A stretch of 64,000 nt of DNA from Leptolyngbyaceae cyanobacterium (GTDB taxonomy: Bacteria; Cyanobacteriota; Cyanobacteriia; Phormidesmidales; Phormidesmidaceae), in assembly GCA_965263355.1 (NCBI GenBank), contig CBDHHL010000056.1, forward strand, positions 1,280,001 to 1,344,000, given 5' to 3'. This document shows positions 57,808 through 64,000 of this stretch, in pieces. Each line of letters opens with the position of its first letter. The first letter of the stretch is position 1. The position numbers and the translations under genes are program-made. The notes beneath the pieces are model-generated. The model did no database searches. It saw only the letters and a list, made by a program, of their open reading frames with translations, and was not told the origin of the DNA.

Positions 57808-58846
57808 AATGACTCTCGAATCTCTCTAAGGGCGGGTTACAAATGATTTCAGTTCATAAGGTGATCACTCAAAGCAAACAACCTATGAGAATGTATTGAC
57901 AAGTTTGCTACTTTGATCTACCAATCTGTTATTACTAATGAATGCGCTAATGGCTAAGAAATGCTTACCGTGCAGCTTATTATCATGGTTTCTGTTAGCA
58001 CATTTATAGATCATGAAATGCACTGTTGCTGCTGCCAGACTGACGAAGTTTAAAGACGTTCAAACAACCTGACACCAAGTATTTTATTTGTTTTTCACTT
58101 ATCTATATAGGCACACTTGTGCTACACAAGGACCTACTTAACAACAGGTTAGTGATATGCGCCCCGAAATTCCAATTAACAGATGCCTACTCAAAAATAG
58201 GAAAATTAATGGAACAACTTTCTATTCATTGTCTTCAAACTATCTCAGGAGAATTACCTATTAATCAAAAATTATTGATTAGATAAAACTCCAAAACCCT
58301 GAAATGTGTTGATAGATCCTCTGACTCATGGGCACAAGCAAAAAACTAGGGCAGAATTTATTCCTGCTGATTTACCTTACGTTACATTAACCCGAGAAAA
58401 CGGACATAAATTAACATCTACACGGAAATTACACATTACTTGCTGCAGGTTTACCATGGTACCTTCATGACTTTTTTATGAAGCTATGCCATTAATTTTA
58501 TGAACACCCTGCTTCTGAGTCAGTATAGACAAAAAAAATTGCTCTGTCATTGTATGGACGAAAAAAGTTCCCCCGCCCATACAAAAAATAAATATCCCTG
58601 TAGGGTTACTCCCTTGTGGATGCCCGTCGATACTGGGCGCTATTAGCCAGGATTACATAGGTCTATCTGACAAAGATTAGCTTCTGTCAAAATCAACCTT
58701 GCTCCTTCGCCCCCTGCTCCCATTTCCCCATTCTCCAAAAACTATTAAATTCAATCCAACGGTTTAAAAATCAAACGGATTAATACAGTTCGCTGCAGAA
58801 AACTAATACACCTCTAAAGGTTTGCCTTTTTGCAGCCTGGCACAGT

Positions 58847-60343
58847 GTGTTTGAAGCTTGTGTGCTCATGTCTCACATTGCAATCCGCTTGATACCTATG
58901 TTGAATCGTCACTCCTCCCAGTCAACCTTAGCCCTCCTTTCCATTGCCCTATGGGCAATCGGTATCTCGCCGGCCCCCGCCAGGGCAAATCTGCCACCCT
59001 TACCAAATAATGGTCTTGCCGAGGTTGCTACCCCCACAGTTGAAACCCCTTATACCCTCGGGGCCGGTGACGTTGTTGGCATTGATATCTTTAGAGTGCC
59101 GCAATACAGTGGTGAGCGTGAAGTACAGGTAGATGGCACCCTAAATTTACCATTAGTAGGCCCCGTCGATGTCACAGGCCTCACCATCGAAGAAACCACA
59201 GCACTCTTGTCTAATAAATATGGTCAATATCTAAGACGGCCCATAGTCACACTGAGTTTATTAACTCGACGGCCATTACAAGTCGGCATTTCTGGCGAAA
59301 TCAATACGCCAGGGGCCTATACCCTCACCCAAACCGGGACCCAGGCACCCCGACTAACGCAACTACTGGAACAGGCTGGCGGCGTTACCCAGGTAGCCGA
59401 TATTAGCCACGTAGAAATTCAACGCATGGAACGCAACGGCCTCAAGGTCTTTAGCATTGATCTATGGCAGCTATTGGAAACGGGTAACTCTCGATACGAT
59501 ATTTCCTTGAGGGATGGCGATTCGATTTTTATTCCCACCGGTACGCTCTCCCTGAAAGCAGCCTCTCGTTTAGCCGATGCCAGTTTTGCTGCCAGTGTCA
59601 GTGAATCAATTAATGTGGCTGTTATTGGTGAAGTCTATCGCCCAGGTCCCTACACCCTCCAGGGCGGTCTGGCCACCACCCGTGATGCCGGGGTACCAGG
59701 GGCATCCGCTAGTTCCAGTGCGCCTACCACTGTCACCAGCGCACTCCAGGTGGCCGGTGGCATCAAACCCCGAGCCGACATTCGTAAGGTGCAAGTAGTC
59801 CGACCAACCCGGACGGGCGGCACCCAGGTGATCGATGTGGACCTGTGGCAGCTGTTGGAAGTGGGCGATGTCTATCAAGATGTGGTGCTGCAGCCCAACG
59901 ATACTATCTTTGTTCCCGTGGCAACGGCCATCAGTCCTGAGGAATTACCCACAGTTATTGGCTCTAGCCTCTCTCCCAATGCGATTCGTGTCAACATTGT
60001 TGGCGAGGTTACCCAAGCAGGTCTTCGAGAAGTTCCACCGGATACCACCCTTAATCAGGCAATCTTAGCAGCGGGAGGCTTTAATAACCGGGCGAAGGAA
60101 AGCAAAGTCGAACTAATTCGTCTGAATCCGGATGGCACCGTCACCCGTGAAACAATTCCTGTGGACTTTGCCCAGGGGATCAATGATGCCAATAATCCTA
60201 TTTTGCAAAATAATGACGTGGTTATCGTCAACCCATCGTCCCTGGCTCGTATTACAGATGAGATTGGCGCAGTGTTAGGTCCCGTTGGTCAAGTGATTAA
60301 TAACGTGATTTCCCCCCTCAGGTTCCTCAACATACTCGATTAG
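58847..60343 (+). CDS. wza: polysaccharide export protein with SLBB domains (Wza/OPX)
   Basis: YTLGAGD, DG...LPLVG, GE...PG.Y, repeated SLBB units (AGG....AD...V). True start may be ATG 58868 or 58898. Confidence 0.9.
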   Translation: MFEACVLMSHIAIRLIPMLNRHSSQSTLALLSIALWAIGISPAPARANLPPLPNNGLAEVATPTVETPYTLGAGDVVGIDIFRVPQYSGEREVQVDGTLNLPLVGPVDVTGLTIEETTALLSNKYGQYLRRPIVTLSLLTRRPLQVGISGEINTPGAYTLTQTGTQAPRLTQLLEQAGGVTQVADISHVEIQRMERNGLKVFSIDLWQLLETGNSRYDISLRDGDSIFIPTGTLSLKAASRLADASFAASVSESINVAVIGEVYRPGPYTLQGGLATTRDAGVPGASASSSAPTTVTSALQVAGGIKPRADIRKVQVVRPTRTGGTQVIDVDLWQLLEVGDVYQDVVLQPNDTIFVPVATAISPEELPTVIGSSLSPNAIRVNIVGEVTQAGLREVPPDTTLNQAILAAGGFNNRAKESKVELIRLNPDGTVTRETIPVDFAQGINDANNPILQNNDVVIVNPSSLARITDEIGAVLGPVGQVINNVISPLRFLNILD

Positions 60344-60355
60344 AGAATAACAACT

Positions 60356-60385
60356 TAAAGCCCCCAAGATTGGGGGTTGGGGGCA
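60356..60385. repeat. cyanobacterial short dispersed G-rich repeat
   Basis: GCCCCCAAGATTGGGGGTTGGGGGC between wza and wzc. Confidence 0.5.
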
Positions 60386-60465
60386 TGGATAACTAATGGA
60401 TTCTTTTCCAAAAATATCCTCAGATTTTTTTTTAACTACTGACCTTTATTATTTATCTTCTACCC

Positions 60466-62649
60466 ATGAGAGCCGATACACTTCCCGCTTCCTCCGCTAG
60501 GATAGTCCCAGAGCGCATACTGACAGAAGACGAAGGTGGTCTCAATGTGGGTGCCCTACTTAAAACTCTGCAGCGTAAATGGTGGTTAATCACAGGGGTA
60601 ACTGTAGCTACCATGGGCCTAGCTGCCGTTAGAGTATTAACTGAAACGCCTATATACAACGGTGGTTTTGAAATCTTAGTTCAGGCTCAAAGTACTGAGA
60701 CTGAGGTGATTTCCAACATTCCAGAAACGTTTACTGGACAAGATCGAGAACAATTGCAATCGACCCTGGTTGATGGCGATTTACTCAAAATCTTGACGGG
60801 GCCTAAAGTTTTGCAACCTGTCGTCGAAGGAATTAAAGATAGATATCCCGACTATTGTCCATCGACATTGCCGGGGGTAGCTCTACCTGAGTCTGGTAGC
60901 AATCAGTTGAGTGTTAACTATGATCCTTGTTATCAGGTTTTAGTAAAACGGCTACGTGTGGCACCGTTGGGTCAAGGTTCAGATATCATTCGGGTGACAT
61001 TGTTAGATCCTGATCCACAAACGGTGCAGGTGATTTTAGATTTAGTATCCCAGGCCTATCTCACCTTTAGTCTAGAGTCCAAACAGGCGGATATTCGTCG
61101 TGCCATTGAGTTTGTTGAGCAAAAGTTACCCGATCTGACTAAAAAAGTAGAATCTCTGCAGGATCAGCTGCAAGCCCTACGGTTAAATTTCAATATTATT
61201 GATCCTGATTCCCGTGGGTCCCAGTTGGCAGGACAAGTAGGGGCATTTTCTAAACAACAGCTTGATCTGCAAATTGCCTTAGAACAAAATCGGGCCAACT
61301 ATGAGAACCTGCGGGCTCAGTTAAGTGGCCCTCAAGAACAGGCATCTTCGTCTGCTTTAGCGCAAAACCCTAGATACCAGACATTGCTTAATAGTTTGCT
61401 AGAGCTAGATGCCCAAATTGCAGAGGCATCGACTCTATATCTTGATAGTAGTCCTGATATGGAGGTACTAAAAGAACAACGCCAGAAATTACTACTGCTC
61501 CTGGAGCAACAGGGGGAACAATCTCAACGGGATCTGGCGAGTCAAATGCAGGAACTGGAAGCCCAAGAGCGTTCTTTAAATCGGACCTTGCAGGGGTTAA
61601 GTTCAGAGGTAGATGAACTCTCTGGCATTTCGCGGGAATATTTGGAAATTCAGCGAGAGCTAGGGATTGCGACGGAAAACCTGAATCAATTTTTGGCCAA
61701 GCAAGCGGCGTTAGAAATTGACGCGGCCCAGCGAGAAATTCCTTGGGAAATTGTTACGCCTCCTACAGAATTTCCCGTACCGCCAACCAGTCTGTTGCAG
61801 AATTTGCTATTAGGGGGAGTACTTGGACTGCTATTGGGTTCGGCACTTGCGCTGCTACTAGATAAGTCAGCCGGTGTGCTTTATTCAGACAAAGACATCC
61901 AGCGGGCAATGATGCCGTTTCCCATTTTGGGTAAAATCCCTGTTCCCCAGATTGTTACCCAAAATGTTTTTGCACCCAGAAAATCCTTACAATTGGCTAC
62001 GGATAAATCTTCTTCTGGAAGAGAAAAAACTGACAGTTCAACTGTCTACACTGAAGATCCGTTTATGGAGGCATTTCGCTCACTCTATACCAACCTCAGA
62101 TTGAGTAGTGTCGATCACCCCCTAAAATCGGTAGTGGTCAGTTCTGTTATGGAAGGGGAAGGGAAATCTATTGCCGCCATCCATTTGGCTGAGGCAGCCA
62201 CACTAATGGGACAGCGGGTACTGCTGGTGGATACAAACCTGCGGGCTCCTAAGATTCACAGCTATCTGAAATTACCCAATGATGCGGGTTTAACGGACCT
62301 TGCCTTGAGTGATCCCAGTGCTATCACTAAAAGTACGTTTTTACATGAGCCGATTGATGGCCTTAAGGTGCTCTGTGCCGGTACCAAGGGCCATGATGCT
62401 GGCCATATCTTGACAACTAAGCGGGTGCAGCGACTGATTCAACAACTTAAAACTAGATTTGACTTAGTGGTGTTTGATGCACCATCTTTGCTAGGCCAGT
62501 CAGACGCGTTCTTAATTGCGGAACAAGCAGATGGCATGTTGATTGTTGCCCGTCCCGGTCAACTTAAGCAAAGCCTGGTTGACCAGGCCATGGACCAAAT
62601 TACCATCGCTAATGCCAATGTCTTTGGCGTCGCTGTCCGAGAAAACTAA
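60466..62649 (+). CDS. wzc: polysaccharide co-polymerase / BY-kinase (Wzc, GumC family)
   Basis: Two TMs flanking coiled coil; EAFRSL, SSVMEGEGKS, LLVDTNLR, VVFDAP; no C-terminal Tyr cluster. Confidence 0.9.
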   Translation: MRADTLPASSARIVPERILTEDEGGLNVGALLKTLQRKWWLITGVTVATMGLAAVRVLTETPIYNGGFEILVQAQSTETEVISNIPETFTGQDREQLQSTLVDGDLLKILTGPKVLQPVVEGIKDRYPDYCPSTLPGVALPESGSNQLSVNYDPCYQVLVKRLRVAPLGQGSDIIRVTLLDPDPQTVQVILDLVSQAYLTFSLESKQADIRRAIEFVEQKLPDLTKKVESLQDQLQALRLNFNIIDPDSRGSQLAGQVGAFSKQQLDLQIALEQNRANYENLRAQLSGPQEQASSSALAQNPRYQTLLNSLLELDAQIAEASTLYLDSSPDMEVLKEQRQKLLLLLEQQGEQSQRDLASQMQELEAQERSLNRTLQGLSSEVDELSGISREYLEIQRELGIATENLNQFLAKQAALEIDAAQREIPWEIVTPPTEFPVPPTSLLQNLLLGGVLGLLLGSALALLLDKSAGVLYSDKDIQRAMMPFPILGKIPVPQIVTQNVFAPRKSLQLATDKSSSGREKTDSSTVYTEDPFMEAFRSLYTNLRLSSVDHPLKSVVVSSVMEGEGKSIAAIHLAEAATLMGQRVLLVDTNLRAPKIHSYLKLPNDAGLTDLALSDPSAITKSTFLHEPIDGLKVLCAGTKGHDAGHILTTKRVQRLIQQLKTRFDLVVFDAPSLLGQSDAFLIAEQADGMLIVARPGQLKQSLVDQAMDQITIANANVFGVAVREN

Positions 62650-62975
62650 GAGATTTACAGAAAACGACTTCAGTGCCTGTTAAAGAGATTAATTTTGAGC
62701 TGGTTTATGTGAGCTAGGCCACAATTGAAGGTGCTCATAGAGCCTAAGCCTCTATGTGTTGTTTTATCAATATCTCACACTTTCTTGATTTAAGTTCATA
62801 GCCTTTAAAGATAACGTGATGATTATGACAAATAAACAACTATTTATTTGGTTCCCAACGATGGAGTAAGTATAAGTATGCAGTCCTCTTAGGAATAAAT
62901 GCATTCCTTGAACACCATATATTTGGCTATTAGAGCTATCTATTAACACGTTTATTGATTAAGGAAGTTGAAAAT

Positions 62976-64000
62976 ATGATTCAGACCAAACGTGCACTAA
63001 TTACAGGAATCACAGGTCAAGATGGATCTTACCTTGCAGAATTTTTATTAGAAAAAGGCTACGAGGTCCACGGAATTATTCGCCGTACCTCAACGTTCAA
63101 CACAGATCGTATTGATCATATTTATATTGACCCCCACAGCGATAATGCTCGTCTATTTCTCCACTACGGTGACCTCAATGATGGCACCATGTTGCGGCGC
63201 ATTCTAGAGCAAGTTAAGCCCGATGAAGTCTATAATCTTGGGGCTCAGTCTCACGTACGTGTCAGCTTTGATTCTCCAGAATATACCGTTGATACGGTAG
63301 CCATGGGAGCCCTACGCCTTATGGAAGCTATTCGTGACTATCAGCAACGTACGGATGCAGAAGTGCGTTTCTATCAAGCAGGCTCTTCCGAAATGTTCGG
63401 TAAGGTTCAAGAAATCCCCCAGAAAGAAACGACTCCCTTTTATCCCCGCAGTCCTTATGCCTGCGCTAAGGTCTATGCCCACTGGCAGACTGTTAACTAT
63501 CGTGAGTCCTATAATATGTTTGCCTGCAATGGCATACTGTTTAACCATGAGTCCCCCCGTCGTGGTGAAACCTTTGTAACTCGAAAAATCACTCGTGCTG
63601 TGGCCCGGATTGTGGCTGGTCGTCAGCAGACTCTTTACCTTGGTAATTTGGATTCTAAGCGGGACTGGGGCTATGCGAAAGACTATGTCCGTGCTATGTG
63701 GCTAATGCTACAGCAGGATGAGCCTGATGATTATGTTGTTGCTACAGGTGAAACCCATACTATCAAAGAGTTTTTAGATATTGCCTTTGCTTATGTCAAC
63801 CTTGACTGGCATGATTACGTCAAATTTGATCCTCGCTATCTGCGTCCCGCTGAAGTCGATATTCTGATCGGTGATCCGACATATACCAAGGAAAAATTGG
63901 GCTGGAAACCTTCCATCAACTTTCCAGGTTTAGTTAAGCTCATGGTAGATGGAGATTTAGAAGCTATCGGCCTAGACCCGGTCAGTCAGCAGTCTGATGC
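62976..64000 (+). CDS. gmd: GDP-mannose 4,6-dehydratase (runs off window end)
   Basis: Manual translation [46 protein letters not shown]...[12 protein letters not shown]...[11 protein letters not shown]...PRSPYACAK...[17 protein letters not shown]; missing from the ORF track because there is no stop in the window. Confidence 0.97.
   Translation, partial: MIQTKRALITGITGQDGSYLAEFLLEKGYEVHGIIRRTSTFNTDRIDHIYIDPHSDNARLFLHYGDLNDGTMLRRILEQVKPDEVYNLGAQSHVRVSFDSPEYTVDTVAMGALRLMEAIRDYQQRTDAEVRFYQAGSSEMFGKVQEIPQKETTPFYPRSPYACAKVYAHWQTVNYRESYNMFACNGILFNHESPRRGETFVTRKITRAVARIVAGRQQTLYLGNLDSKRDWGYAKDYVRAMWLMLQQDEPDDYVVATGETHTIKEFLDIAFAYVNLDWHDYVKFDPRYLRPAEVDILIGDPTYTKEKLGWKPSINFPGLVKLMVDGDLEAIGLDPVSQQSD

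Noticed and set aside
57808..58846. Hidden gene or ncRNA in the 1-kb divergent spacer
   Set aside because: No convincing ORF, riboswitch or repeat seen; treated as a divergent promoter region, though a small RNA cannot be excluded by eye.
63312..63579. ORFs 63312..63548 and 63334..63579
   Set aside because: Lie inside gmd, which starts at 62976 and runs off the window.

Overview
Window from a filamentous-type cyanobacterium (HIP1 GCGATCGC sites, PTPA-CTERM proteins, SphR-type Pho boxes). Left to right: the frameshifted 3' part of an ISAzo13-family transposase; a PAS-GAF-GGDEF-EAL protein and miscellaneous genes; a cupin pseudogene next to a short 6S-RNA-like structured element; a phosphate-starvation island (alkaline-phosphatase-superfamily hydrolase plus orphan family-5 binding protein, phnF, two convergent phnCDE-type transporters, no C-P lyase) with three Pho-box arrays and a PhnF-type operator; a PTPA-CTERM/cyanoexosortase surface-protein sorting locus; and a ~34 kb Wzx/Wzy-type polysaccharide locus (6 GT4, GT26, 3 FkbM, MBOAT, Wzx, Wza, Wzc, gmd). 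The main observation is a complete lasso-peptide cluster (B1, B2, C, a 56-aa precursor missing from the ORF track, HPr-like kinase, ABC exporter, nucleotidyltransferase) at the downstream end of the glycosyltransferase gene run and converging on the exosortase. This suggests, by inference only, a phospho-glycosylated lasso peptide coupled to the surface glycan system. All family calls are from motif recognition by eye; no searches were run.
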